A DNA stretch of 64,000 nt from Roseibacillus sp. (GCA_051251855.1 JBPOGI010000007.1:64001-128000), one strand, 5' to 3'; shown: positions 50,049 through 59,768, counted from the stretch's first letter. Notes: generated by a model from the letters alone, not told the origin. A program made the numbers and translations.

Positions 50049-50263
50049 TTTTGAAGTGCTGAAGCTTGCTTCCACTCTCATCGTCGTCACTTCATCCACA
50101 ACACGCAGAAAAGGAGCCCCTTGCGGCTCCAAACTTTCGGCCTTCCTCACTCTACTGCCCGCTCTTCTTCCTTAGTCGAGCAAGTAAGCTTTGCCCTTCT
50201 CGTGCACAGCCATCAACTCATACTTCTTCCCCAAAGCGGCAGCAAGCGGCACGCACTCCAAAA
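50049..50263. repeat. Degenerate GGAGTGC-type REP inverted doublet
   Basis: TTTTGAAGTGCTGAAGCTTGCTTCCACT ... AAAGCGGCAGCAAGCGGCACGCACTCCAAAA. Confidence 0.5.
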
Positions 50264-50315
50264 CATCTCCCCTCGCAATCCCTAAAAGTGAGGCTTAGAG
50301 TCCGTCGCAAGCTCC

Positions 50316-51533
50316 ATGCGTCGTCATCTTCCACTCATCCTTGTCCTCGCCGTTTTCGCAATCGGTCTCGGCTTCATTCTGACCAACAGAAAGCAGCCCC
50401 TAGCCCCACCGGAACCTACCCCGCCACCTGTCCTCTCCACCGGACCCGCCCTCTCGAATCTGGCTACCGCCCCTGATTGGGCCGAAATCGAAGCGTTCCA
50501 CGACACCCTCACCCGCGAGCTATTTCAGACCAGCCTCACCAAAGTTTCAGCCCTTCCCGACTCTTGGCAGTCCACTATTACCATCGAAGAGGATTCCGCT
50601 TGGGTACGCCATCATGGGGGCCCCGATTCAGGAGAATCAAAAATCACCTTTGCCACCGAACTTTCCCCACTCGCGCCTCTCCCTCCCCTCAACCAACTCC
50701 ACATCGCCATCGACCCCGGACACATCGGCGGCGAATTCGCCCTTCTCGAACAACGTAACTTCCAACCTTTCGAAGACGACCCTGACCAAATCCCCGTCCG
50801 CGAAGGCGAGCTCACCCTTGCCACAGCCAAACATCTCAAACCCTTACTCGAAAAACTCGGAGCCAAAGTGACCCTTGTTCGCGAGACAAACGCCCCCGTC
50901 ACTAACCAACGCCCGGAAGACTTTCTCCCCGACTTCCCCGATCGGCTCACCGCCGAAAAAGTCTTCTACCGTACCGCCGAAATCCGCGCCCGAGCCGACC
51001 TCGTAAATAACCTTATCCAACCCGACCTCGTCCTCTGCCTTCACTACAACGCCGACGGTTGGGCCGATCCAGAAAACCCATGGGCCAGCCGCAACCACTT
51101 TCATCTCCTCATGCATGGCGCCTACATGCCAGGCGAAGTCGCCCTCGACGACCAACGCTTCGAAATGCTTCGTCACCTCTACACCCAATCTACCCAACGC
51201 GCTCTCCCCCTCGCCAAAATCATCTCCGACGTCTTCCTTCGCGAGACTGACCTCGTCCCCTATCACTATATTTCTACAGCCCCTGCACTGCGCGTCGATC
51301 CCACCCGTCCCATCTACGCTCGTAACCTCCTCGCCAATCGCCTCTATCAAGCCCCCACTATCTTCCTTGAACCCTACGTCATGAACCATCGCGACACCTA
51401 TGACCGCGTGCAACTCGGCGACTACTCCGGCTTCCGAGAGTTCAAAGGCCAAAACCGCCGTTCCCTAGTGCAAGAATACGCCCACACCCTCGCCTCCGGC
51501 ATCGCCGAGTACTTCCTCAACCCAACTCCCTAA
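50316..51533 (+). CDS. N-acetylmuramoyl-L-alanine amidase (Amidase_3-like)
   Basis: IAIDPGH, EGEL, LGAKVTLVR, CLHYNA, IFLEP. Confidence 0.85.
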   Translation: MRRHLPLILVLAVFAIGLGFILTNRKQPLAPPEPTPPPVLSTGPALSNLATAPDWAEIEAFHDTLTRELFQTSLTKVSALPDSWQSTITIEEDSAWVRHHGGPDSGESKITFATELSPLAPLPPLNQLHIAIDPGHIGGEFALLEQRNFQPFEDDPDQIPVREGELTLATAKHLKPLLEKLGAKVTLVRETNAPVTNQRPEDFLPDFPDRLTAEKVFYRTAEIRARADLVNNLIQPDLVLCLHYNADGWADPENPWASRNHFHLLMHGAYMPGEVALDDQRFEMLRHLYTQSTQRALPLAKIISDVFLRETDLVPYHYISTAPALRVDPTRPIYARNLLANRLYQAPTIFLEPYVMNHRDTYDRVQLGDYSGFREFKGQNRRSLVQEYAHTLASGIAEYFLNPTP

Positions 51534-51543
51534 CAGCTCTTTC

Positions 51544-52383
51544 ATGTCCCGCCATCTCCTTATCGCTGGAAACGGATACCTCGGCCAAGCGGTATCCGAA
51601 CAATCCCGCGCACACAACTTTAAGGTCACCACTCTTTCCAAATCAGGACAAGACTCCGACTACGCCATCGACTTCACCGACCCCCAAGCACTGCAAGACC
51701 TCGCCGAAAAAATCACCCCTCCTACCCACATTCTCGCCAGTGCCTCCTCCGGTCGCGGTGGTCCCGAAGCTTACCGCCGGGTCTTCATCGACGGCACCAC
51801 CCGACTCCTTCAAGCCTTCCCCCACGCTCACCTCACCTTCATTTCCTCCACCTCCGTCTACCGTCAAACCGACGGCAGCACCGTAGACGAAGCCAGTGAA
51901 CTCGCTGGCGAGACCGCTACCTCCGCCATTCTTCGCCAAGCCGAAAAAATCACTCTTGCTGCCGACGGCACCGCTCTCCGCCTCTCCGGAATCTACGGCC
52001 CCTATCGCAGCATCATCCTCAAGAAATTTCTCCAAGACCAAGCCACCCTCGAAGAAACCACTGATGGGCTCGGCATCCGCATTCTTAACCAAATTCACCG
52101 TGATGACGCAGCTCGCGCCATCATCCACCTCATCACCAACAACCAAACCGGCCTCTTCAACGTCACCGACAACCAACCCACCAGCCAGTTAGAAACCTAC
52201 CAACAACTCTCTCAAAAACTCTCCAAGCCCCTTCCCCCAGTCGCCCCTCCCAATCCCAACTCCAAACGCGGTTGGACCCACAAAGCCATCTCCAACGCCA
52301 AACTCCGCACCACCGACTGGACCCCATCCTATCCCGACTTTCTCTCCGCCATCGACGACCTCCTTCCCACTATCGAATTATGA
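51544..52383 (+). CDS. NAD-dependent epimerase/dehydratase (atypical SDR)
   Basis: IAGNGYLG, ISSTSVY, LRLSGIYGP, IHRDD. Confidence 0.88.
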   Translation: MSRHLLIAGNGYLGQAVSEQSRAHNFKVTTLSKSGQDSDYAIDFTDPQALQDLAEKITPPTHILASASSGRGGPEAYRRVFIDGTTRLLQAFPHAHLTFISSTSVYRQTDGSTVDEASELAGETATSAILRQAEKITLAADGTALRLSGIYGPYRSIILKKFLQDQATLEETTDGLGIRILNQIHRDDAARAIIHLITNNQTGLFNVTDNQPTSQLETYQQLSQKLSKPLPPVAPPNPNSKRGWTHKAISNAKLRTTDWTPSYPDFLSAIDDLLPTIEL

Positions 52384-53522
52384 CCGTCAAGACTCTCCTG
52401 CAAGACCTCGTCCGCATCCCCTCAATCAATCCCGACGCCGTTCCGAACTCCCCCTTTTCTGGCGAAGCCAAAATGGCGGCCCATCTCGCCCCTCTCCTCA
52501 CCTCTTGGGGCTTCAACGTCACCCTCGACGAAGTCCTCCCCAATCGCCCCAACCTCATCGCTCGCGCACCCGGCCCTGACAACCGGCCCCGCATCCTTCT
52601 TGGCCCTCACCTCGACACCGTCGCCGTCGACGGCATGACCATCGAACCTTTCTCCGCCGAAGAGCGAGACGGAAAAATCTGGGGCCGTGGAACCTCCGAC
52701 ACCAAAGGTCCCATGTCCTCCATGCTCACCGCCCTCTTCCAAAACAAAGACCTCCTCGCCACCCTACCCGTCGCAGTCGACTTCGTCGCCTTCATGGGCG
52801 AAGAATCTCATCAACCCGGCGCCAAACACTTCGCGCAACATCACGCCGCCGACTACGAATTCGCCCTCGTTGGCGAACCCACCTCCCTCAACTTCGTACA
52901 CACTACCAAAGGCTCCCTCTGGGCCACCGTCGCAACCACAGGCAAAGCCACCCACGCCTCCCAACCTCATCTCGGCGAAAATGCCATTCTCAAGCTCACC
53001 GCCTCCCTCGACCTCCTCAATCGCAAGCTCACCAACCGCCTCGCCACCTATACCCACCCCATCCTCGGACACTCCACCCTCAACATCGGCACCATCGCTG
53101 GCGGCAGTAGCACTAATATAGTCCCCGACCACGCCCAAGCGACCCTCGACATTCGCTTCACCCCCGACCTCCAGCAAGACGGTGGAGCCAAAAACCTACT
53201 ACAAGAACTCATCACCCAACATCGCCTTCCCCTCACCATCACCCAAGCCAGCGAAGCTCCGCCGATGGACGTCAGCGCCGACAATCCTTGGCTCAAAAAA
53301 CTCGCTGCCACTCAGGCCGGTAGCGAAGTCGGCCACCTCGTCGGCGCCCCATGGTTCTCCGATGCCGCCCACCTCAACGACGCTGGTCTCCCCGCCGTCT
53401 GCATCGGCCCCGGCTCCATAGACCAGGCCCACACCGCAAATGAGTTCATCAAAATTTCCGACCTCGAATACGGAGTCCAATTCTTTACTCATCTTATCCA
53501 AGGCCTCAGAGATGAAAAATAA
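52380..53522 (+). CDS. M20 family metallopeptidase / ArgE-DapE-like deacylase
   Basis: HLDTV, GRGTSDTKG, GEE, GEPT, GKATHAS, GPGSIDQAHTANE. Confidence 0.9.
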   Translation: MTVKTLLQDLVRIPSINPDAVPNSPFSGEAKMAAHLAPLLTSWGFNVTLDEVLPNRPNLIARAPGPDNRPRILLGPHLDTVAVDGMTIEPFSAEERDGKIWGRGTSDTKGPMSSMLTALFQNKDLLATLPVAVDFVAFMGEESHQPGAKHFAQHHAADYEFALVGEPTSLNFVHTTKGSLWATVATTGKATHASQPHLGENAILKLTASLDLLNRKLTNRLATYTHPILGHSTLNIGTIAGGSSTNIVPDHAQATLDIRFTPDLQQDGGAKNLLQELITQHRLPLTITQASEAPPMDVSADNPWLKKLAATQAGSEVGHLVGAPWFSDAAHLNDAGLPAVCIGPGSIDQAHTANEFIKISDLEYGVQFFTHLIQGLRDEK

Positions 53523-53585
53523 TCATCCTGCACCAGCGCATCTCCGTCTTGCATCCTCCCCACTTGGCTCTAAATTACCAAAGTC

Positions 53586-54056
53586 ATGAAAAATACACTG
53601 CTTTGCGCCTTCGCTGGTCTCGCCCTCTTCGCTGCTCCCAACCTCGGAGCACACTGCCAAGTCCCTTGCGGAATCTATGACGACAACAACGTCATTCAAT
53701 CCATGCACACCGATTGGATCACCATCGAGAAGGCAAGCAAGACCATCTTGGAGCTACAAAAGGACCCATCTGCCAACGCACACCAACTCACTCGCTGGGT
53801 CACTAACAAAGAGTCCCACGCCCAGGCCATTCAAGAAAAAGTCCTCAACTACTTCCTCGCCCAACGCCTCAAGCCCACCACCGTCGATGCAGAGGCTCCC
53901 GCCTACATCGAGAAACTCACTCTCTGCCACAAGGTCATCGTCACCGCAATGAAGTGCAAGCAGTCAACCGACCCCGAAGCCGTCGCAGAGCTTCACAACC
54001 TTCTCCACGAATTCGAAACTCAGTTCGGCACCAAAGAAGAAAAAGCCGCCGAATAA
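53586..54056 (+). CDS. sodN: Nickel superoxide dismutase precursor with signal peptide
   Basis: Ni-hook HCQVPCGIY directly after ...NLGA cleavage site; RWVTNKESHA, YFLAQR. Confidence 0.92.
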   Translation: MKNTLLCAFAGLALFAAPNLGAHCQVPCGIYDDNNVIQSMHTDWITIEKASKTILELQKDPSANAHQLTRWVTNKESHAQAIQEKVLNYFLAQRLKPTTVDAEAPAYIEKLTLCHKVIVTAMKCKQSTDPEAVAELHNLLHEFETQFGTKEEKAAE

Positions 54057-54083
54057 CGACCAACTTCCATACCCTTTCAAAAG

Positions 54084-54118
54084 AAAACGAGCCCTTCAAT
54101 CGAAGGGCTCGTTTTTTT
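54084..54118 (+). terminator. Rho-independent terminator
   Basis: AAAACGAGCCCTTC-AATC-GAAGGGCTCGTTTTTTT. Confidence 0.85.
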
Positions 54119-54143
54119 GAGGGAAATGGAGACTCAAGGCGTC

Positions 54144-54273
54144 GGTAGGGTCGTTTTGATCAAGCGACAGTAAATCACCGGAAGAAGGCCAAGACACCAG
54201 CAAACAAAGAGCGCGAATGGCGCTTTACGAAGTCAGCCAACATTCGCAACCCATTTATCAAACGGTCCCTACC
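54144..54273. repeat. GTAG-type REP inverted doublet (degenerate)
   Basis: GGTAGGGTCGTTTTGATCAA ... TTTATCAAACGGTCCCTACC. Confidence 0.5.
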
Positions 54274-54280
54274 ATCGAGA

Positions 54281-55603
54281 CTAGTCGAGCGAATAAGCGG
54301 TCTCGCCGTGCTCCTCTTGGTCCAGGCCATTTTGCTCCGCTTCTTCAGAAACACGGAGTCCAGTCACCGCGCGAACAATAAAGACAATGACAACGGTCGC
54401 GACTATTGACCAACCAATCGTGATTGCAAGTGACTGCACTTGAACGACCAACTGGCTTCCAATGTTGAACTCGCCGCCCACGCCACCGAACATTTGATGT
54501 CCGAGAACTGCCGCAAGCAAAGTCCCCAAAATACCACCCACTCCGTGAACAGCGAAGACATCGAGAGAATCGTCAATCTTGAGGCCATTACGAACAATTC
54601 CACACATGAAGTAACAAATCACCCCCGCGAGGAAGCCGAGCAAGATCGCTCCCATCGGCCCCACCACTCCAGAGGCGGGAGTAATGGTCGCCATTCCTGC
54701 GATCATACCGGTTACGATACCCACCAATCCGGATTTACCAGTCTTGATTTTCTCAACCACAGCCCAAGTGAGCGCTGCCGTCGAAGCGGAGAGATGGGTC
54801 ACGAGCATCGTCATTCCTGCCGAACCATTGGCCTGCAGCTGACTACCGGCATTGAATCCAAACCAGCCCACCCAAAGCATGGAAGCACCGATCATGACCA
54901 TGCCGGGATTGTGTGGAGGCTGCAACTTGCTCGGGAACCCTTTGCGAGCACCTAACATTTTCGCCAAAACCAAAGCCGAAACACCGGCCGTTGCATGAAC
55001 CACAATTCCCCCCGCAAGGTCAATTGCGCCCCAGGCAAGCATGATTCCGTTGTCAGCCCAAACCCAGTGCACCGCAGGTGCATAGACAATCACCAACCAC
55101 AGCGCCGAGAAAAGCATCACTGCCGAAAACTTCATCCGCTCCACAAAAGCACCCACAATAAGACCAGGAGTAATGATCGCGAAGGTCATCTGGAACATCA
55201 CGAATACCGTCTCAGGGATATCCCCTAAACCGCCCATCGAGTTGACCCCAACCCCTTTCAAAAAGGCTTTATTGAGATCCCCAATCCAAGCATTACCACC
55301 ACTGAAGGCCAAGCTGTAGCCCACCGCCACCCAAACCAGCGACGCCAAACAAGCGACCGCAAAGCAGTGCATCAAAACGGAGAGCACGTTCTTCGACCGC
55401 ACCAACCCGCCATAGAAAAGCGCGAGTCCAGGCAAGGTCATAAAGAGCACCAAAACGGTCGCCGTAATCATCCAAGCAGTGTTCCCACTATCAAGAACCG
55501 AGGCCTCCCCTTCTTGGCCGAAGGCGGTTCCCACTCCTGCAAGCAGAAGAAACAGTGCTAGCCCAACCGGTCGATGTCGATGAATGAAATTCATAAGAGG
55601 CAT
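54281..55603 (-). CDS. amtB: Ammonium transporter (AmtB-like)
   Basis: PGLALFYGGLVR.KN, FQMTFAIIT, DLAGGIVVH, LWVGWFGFNAGS, DDSLDVFAVHG. Confidence 0.95.
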   Translation of the reverse strand: MPLMNFIHRHRPVGLALFLLLAGVGTAFGQEGEASVLDSGNTAWMITATVLVLFMTLPGLALFYGGLVRSKNVLSVLMHCFAVACLASLVWVAVGYSLAFSGGNAWIGDLNKAFLKGVGVNSMGGLGDIPETVFVMFQMTFAIITPGLIVGAFVERMKFSAVMLFSALWLVIVYAPAVHWVWADNGIMLAWGAIDLAGGIVVHATAGVSALVLAKMLGARKGFPSKLQPPHNPGMVMIGASMLWVGWFGFNAGSQLQANGSAGMTMLVTHLSASTAALTWAVVEKIKTGKSGLVGIVTGMIAGMATITPASGVVGPMGAILLGFLAGVICYFMCGIVRNGLKIDDSLDVFAVHGVGGILGTLLAAVLGHQMFGGVGGEFNIGSQLVVQVQSLAITIGWSIVATVVIVFIVRAVTGLRVSEEAEQNGLDQEEHGETAYSLD

Positions 55604-55688
55604 GAATTAGTAGCTAAAATCATTTTGATGGCAACCAAGGAGAGCCCCCAATGACTCGATCTCAATACTTTAAGACACCGAAACAAAG

Positions 55689-55705
55689 TTGGCACGCCCT
55701 CTGCT
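55689..55705 (+). promoter_or_regulatory. Sigma-54 (-24/-12) promoter of second amt gene
   Basis: TTGGCACGCCCTCTGCT = GG-N10-GC, ending 39 nt before the ATG. Confidence 0.7.
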
Positions 55706-55744
55706 TTTGATTGCCCGACTCATACAATCCAGTCAAGAAACAAC

Positions 55745-57100
55745 ATGATATCACCAAAATCAAAACTCCCATGGCTCCTCGCTCCTTTTGCGTTAGCGAC
55801 AACAGCCTTCGGTCAGGAAAAAGATGCTGATTATGTGGCACTTATCGAAGCCCAAGGCGACGCAGCCTATGCCTTCGATTTCTTCACAACCTCTATGCTT
55901 TGGACATGTATCGCTGCCGCGATGGTGTTCATTATGCACCTAGGTTTTGCCACTCTTGAAGCAGGCCTTACCCAGAAGAAGAACACCGTTAACATTCTTT
56001 TTAAGAACGTCTGGATTATCAGCATCGGTCTCCTGACTTATGCTGCAATGGGTTTCAACACTCACTACCCTGTCGATAGTTGGCAGATTCCTGGCATTCT
56101 TGGCATCAACGGCCCCATCTCTGGGTTGACTGGTGGTGACAACGACACCTTCACCTATGGAGGCACTGCTCTCGCCATGACCGCTTATGGTGACTTCATC
56201 TTCCAAGCCATGTTCGCAGCAACTGCAGCGACCATCGTTTCAGGTGCGGTTGCTGAGCGCGTCAAGCTCGGAGCCTTCATGATTTATTCCACCATTTTGG
56301 TGGCTGTCGGTTACACTGTTGCTGGTTCTTGGCACTGGGGTGGCGGATTCCTCAGCTCTCTCGGAGGCGAAGACGGCACTGCCTTCTACGACTTCGCTGG
56401 TTCTACTGTCGTTCACGGATTTGGTGGCGCAGCGGCACTCGCAGCTGTTATCATTCTTGGACCACGCAACGGAAAATATACTGCGAATGGCATCAAGCCT
56501 ATCCTCGGACACTCCATGCCTTTGGCTGCAGTGGGCGTATTCCTTCTCTTCTTCGGATGGTTTGGCTTCAACGGTGGTTCAGTCCTCTCTGCGAATCCTG
56601 GACCTCTCGGTCTTGTCTTCACTACCACTGCTTTGGCAGCGGCTGCGGGCGGAGTTGCCTCCATTCTCGTTTCCATGATTGTTCTCAAGAAGCCTGACCT
56701 CTCTATGGCACTCAACGGTCTCCTCGCAGGATTGGTCTCCATTACTGCAGGTGCTGATTCGGTTGGACCTTGGTTCGCCGTCCTCATGGGTGCTGTCGGT
56801 GGAGTCATCGTGGTATTCTCCATCCTCTTCTTCGACAAAATCAAGATTGATGACCCAGTGGGTGCCATTTCGGTTCACGGTGTCGTCGGTATTTGGGGAA
56901 CACTTGCGGTGGCCTTCTTCGGAGGTGCGAGCTTTGTCTCACAGCTCATCGGAGTCGTCAGCGTCTACTCATTCGCCTTCATCTTCTCCTTCGCCCTCTT
57001 CTTCATCATCAAGCTCATCATGGGCGTTCGCGTCAGCGAGGAAGAAGAAGCAGAAGGTCTCGACGTTGCAGAGCACGGAGTTCCTGCATATACCGACTAG
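55745..57100 (+). CDS. amt: Ammonium transporter (second, divergent clade)
   Basis: MHLGFATLEAG, FQAMFAATAATIVSGAVAER, DFAGSTVVH, GWFGFNGGS, DDPVGAISVHG. Confidence 0.95.
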   Translation: MISPKSKLPWLLAPFALATTAFGQEKDADYVALIEAQGDAAYAFDFFTTSMLWTCIAAAMVFIMHLGFATLEAGLTQKKNTVNILFKNVWIISIGLLTYAAMGFNTHYPVDSWQIPGILGINGPISGLTGGDNDTFTYGGTALAMTAYGDFIFQAMFAATAATIVSGAVAERVKLGAFMIYSTILVAVGYTVAGSWHWGGGFLSSLGGEDGTAFYDFAGSTVVHGFGGAAALAAVIILGPRNGKYTANGIKPILGHSMPLAAVGVFLLFFGWFGFNGGSVLSANPGPLGLVFTTTALAAAAGGVASILVSMIVLKKPDLSMALNGLLAGLVSITAGADSVGPWFAVLMGAVGGVIVVFSILFFDKIKIDDPVGAISVHGVVGIWGTLAVAFFGGASFVSQLIGVVSVYSFAFIFSFALFFIIKLIMGVRVSEEEEAEGLDVAEHGVPAYTD

Positions 57101-57127
57101 TCTCACTAAATTTCACTTAGTTCATAC

Positions 57128-57161
57128 AAGAAAGCGACCGGGTAACCGGTCGCTTTTTCTT
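57128..57161 (+). terminator. Rho-independent terminator
   Basis: AAGAAAGCGACCGG-GTAA-CCGGTCGCTTTTTCTT. Confidence 0.85.
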
Positions 57162-57194
57162 TGCCCCCTGCTCTCTTTCCCTTATCTCACTTAT

Positions 57195-57938
57195 ATCCAC
57201 CTTCTCATCGACAACTCCAACACCCGCACCAAGTTCGCACTCGCCAACGGCTCAGAACTCCTCGACTGGCGCGCAGTGATTCCAACCACCGAACTTTCGC
57301 CAGAGTCCATTCAGCAGAACCTCCCCTCTCAGACCATCTCCCGTGCGACCATCTGTTCCGTCGTCCCCGAGAAAGCGGCCCTCCTTGCGGAGACCCTTTC
57401 ACTCGCCGGCATCCCCTCTCATCAGGTCAGCCATCTCAGCAAACTCCCCATCACTGTTGACTACCCCCATCCTCATCAAATTGGTCCCGATCGACTTGCA
57501 AACGCCGCCGCCATCGCCCCCCTGAAAAAATCGGCCATCGTGATCGACTTTGGCACCGCAGTCACCTTTGACGTCGTCTCTGCAACAAACAGCGGCACCT
57601 ATCTCGGTGGAGTCATCGCCCCCGGACTGGGAGCCCTCTGTAGTGATCTCCACCAACGCACCGCCCTTCTTCCCCGCATCGACTTAGCAGAACCCGCCAG
57701 CGCTATCGGCAAGTCAACCGAACACGCCATGCAAGTCGGCGCCGTTATTGGCTACCGAGGACTCATTCGCGAAATCCTATCTGCCCTTGCGAAAGAACTC
57801 CCCGAATCCCCCTCTATCCACGCCACCGGAGGCGACGCCGCACTCATAGCCTCCGGAATGCCTGAAATCAAAAATGTGAATTCAAATCTCACCCTGTTAG
57901 GCATTCAAAGAATCGGAGACCTGAACGAGGCAAAATAA
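57195..57938 (+). CDS. coaX: Type III pantothenate kinase; no canonical start codon (ATC at 57195 proposed)
   Basis: LLIDNSNTRTK, CSVVP, IGPDRLANA, VIDFGTAVTFD, YLGGVIAPG, ATGGDA. Confidence 0.85.
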   Translation: MHLLIDNSNTRTKFALANGSELLDWRAVIPTTELSPESIQQNLPSQTISRATICSVVPEKAALLAETLSLAGIPSHQVSHLSKLPITVDYPHPHQIGPDRLANAAAIAPLKKSAIVIDFGTAVTFDVVSATNSGTYLGGVIAPGLGALCSDLHQRTALLPRIDLAEPASAIGKSTEHAMQVGAVIGYRGLIREILSALAKELPESPSIHATGGDAALIASGMPEIKNVNSNLTLLGIQRIGDLNEAK

Positions 57939-57983
57939 GAAGCACTACTTGCACACCACAATATCATCTGCCTAACGTTCGCA

Positions 57984-58418
57984 ATGGGTTTTGGCATTGC
58001 TTACAGCAGTCAGGCACTCACTGACTTTGACGACGAAACTCTTTTGGAGCTCGCCGACAATTCAGCTGCTAAAAATGAAAAGTCGGGAATCAGCGGTTAT
58101 CTCTACTATCGCAACGGACTCTTTTTGCAGTATCTCGAGGGCGAGCAACAAAATGTCGAAAACTTGATGGCTAGAATCGCCATCGATCCTCGCCATAACG
58201 TCCTCTCAACCGTTCCCCTAGCCATCGGATCCAAACGTATCTTTCCTCACTGGTATATGCGCTTTCTTGGGAGCAATCTTCCCCACAACAACGCCCCTAC
58301 CCTCGAAGACGAACTCATTTTTATTCTGGAAACGACCGCCAAGGAGCACTACAGCAACGATGAAGTCGCCGATGCGATTTTACACGTGACCCAGCGTATC
58401 GCTCGCCTCGACTGGTAA
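57984..58418 (+). CDS. Short BLUF-domain blue-light photoreceptor
   Basis: AYSSQA, KN...ISGYL, FLQYLEG, DPRH, F..WYM. Confidence 0.9.
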   Translation: MGFGIAYSSQALTDFDDETLLELADNSAAKNEKSGISGYLYYRNGLFLQYLEGEQQNVENLMARIAIDPRHNVLSTVPLAIGSKRIFPHWYMRFLGSNLPHNNAPTLEDELIFILETTAKEHYSNDEVADAILHVTQRIARLDW

Positions 58419-58445
58419 ACCCAACCCGCGTTTCACCTCAACCTC

Positions 58446-59768
58446 ATGCCCTCTCTTCGAAAGACCGCCACCTCGGTGGCTTCCCGCCTCATCGAAGCGG
58501 GTCATGAAGCCCTCTTCGCAGGAGGCTGTGTCCGCGATCAACTCCTCAAGCAGCGCCCCAAGGACTTCGATATCGCCACTTCCGCCACTCCCGAGCAAGT
58601 GCAAGCCCTCTTCGAAAACACCAACGCCGTGGGTGCCCACTTCGGCGTGATTCTCGTCAAAGAAAACGGACATCACCTCGAGATCGCCACCTTTCGCCAC
58701 GACGGATCCTACCACGACGGCCGCCGCCCCGAATCCGTCACTTTCACCACCGCCAAGGAGGATGCCCGCCGCCGCGACTTCACCATCAATGGCCTCTTCC
58801 AAAACCCCCTCACTGACGAGATTCTCGACTACGTCGACGGCCAAGAGGACCTCTCTAACAAAGTCCTTCGCGCCATCGGAGATCCCAACGTCCGTTTTCA
58901 AGAAGACGCCCTCCGCCTCCTCCGTGCCGTTCGCTTTGCAGTGAAAACTAATTTCACCATCGAAGAAGACACTTGGCAGGCAATACAGAGCAACGCCGAG
59001 CTCTTAGATAAAATTTCTCCCGAACGTATCCGCGACGAATTCTCTCGTATCATCGCTCATCCTCGGCGCGCCCTTGGGCTCCAACTTCTCCTCGATTCCG
59101 GCCTCTTGCAACGCTTTCTCCCCGAAGCCCTCCCTCTTGTCGGTTGCGAACAGCCTCCCCAGTGGCACCCCGAAGGAGACGTCTACACTCACACCAAGAT
59201 TGCCCTCGATCTCCTCCCCGACGACGCGCCCCTTGAGCTCTGCCTCGGGGTTCTCCTTCACGATATCGGCAAACCTCCGACCTATACTTGGGACGAGAAA
59301 GATCAACGCATTCGCTTCTCTGGCCATGATGCCGTCGGCGCCGAAATGGCCGAAGAAATCCTGCGCAGGCTTCGCTACTCCAACGACACCATCGCCAACG
59401 TTAAGGAGATGGTCGCGCGGCACATGCAATTCATGAACGTACAGGACATGCGCGCGGCGAAACTCAAGCGCTTCATGGCGCGCCCTACTTTCCCTTTAGA
59501 GCTCCAACTCCACCAAGTCGATTGCGCCTCCTCCAACGGCTTCACCGACAACTTCGATTTTCTTAGCGAAAAGGTCGAAGAGTTCGCCAACGAGCCCATC
59601 ATTCCTCCTCCTCTCGTCACCGGAAAGGACCTCATTACAAGGGGTCTTGAGCCCGGGCCCATGTTTCGGGAAATCCTCGATGAGATTCAAAATCAACAGC
59701 TTGAAGGGACAATCAAAGACCGCGATGATGCTTTAAGGTTGATTCCTAACCTTTTACGACGACAGTAA
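58446..59768 (+). CDS. CCA-type tRNA nucleotidyltransferase with HD domain
   Basis: AGGCVRD, KDFDIAT, DARRRDFTIN, EDALRLLRAVRF, HPEGDVYTHT, LLHDIGKP. Confidence 0.92.
   Translation: MPSLRKTATSVASRLIEAGHEALFAGGCVRDQLLKQRPKDFDIATSATPEQVQALFENTNAVGAHFGVILVKENGHHLEIATFRHDGSYHDGRRPESVTFTTAKEDARRRDFTINGLFQNPLTDEILDYVDGQEDLSNKVLRAIGDPNVRFQEDALRLLRAVRFAVKTNFTIEEDTWQAIQSNAELLDKISPERIRDEFSRIIAHPRRALGLQLLLDSGLLQRFLPEALPLVGCEQPPQWHPEGDVYTHTKIALDLLPDDAPLELCLGVLLHDIGKPPTYTWDEKDQRIRFSGHDAVGAEMAEEILRRLRYSNDTIANVKEMVARHMQFMNVQDMRAAKLKRFMARPTFPLELQLHQVDCASSNGFTDNFDFLSEKVEEFANEPIIPPPLVTGKDLITRGLEPGPMFREILDEIQNQQLEGTIKDRDDALRLIPNLLRRQ

Noticed and set aside
56679..57194. N-terminal 172-aa extension of the coaX ORF in the track
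   Set aside because: Overlaps amt in another frame, is Ser-rich nonsense and crosses a strong terminator.
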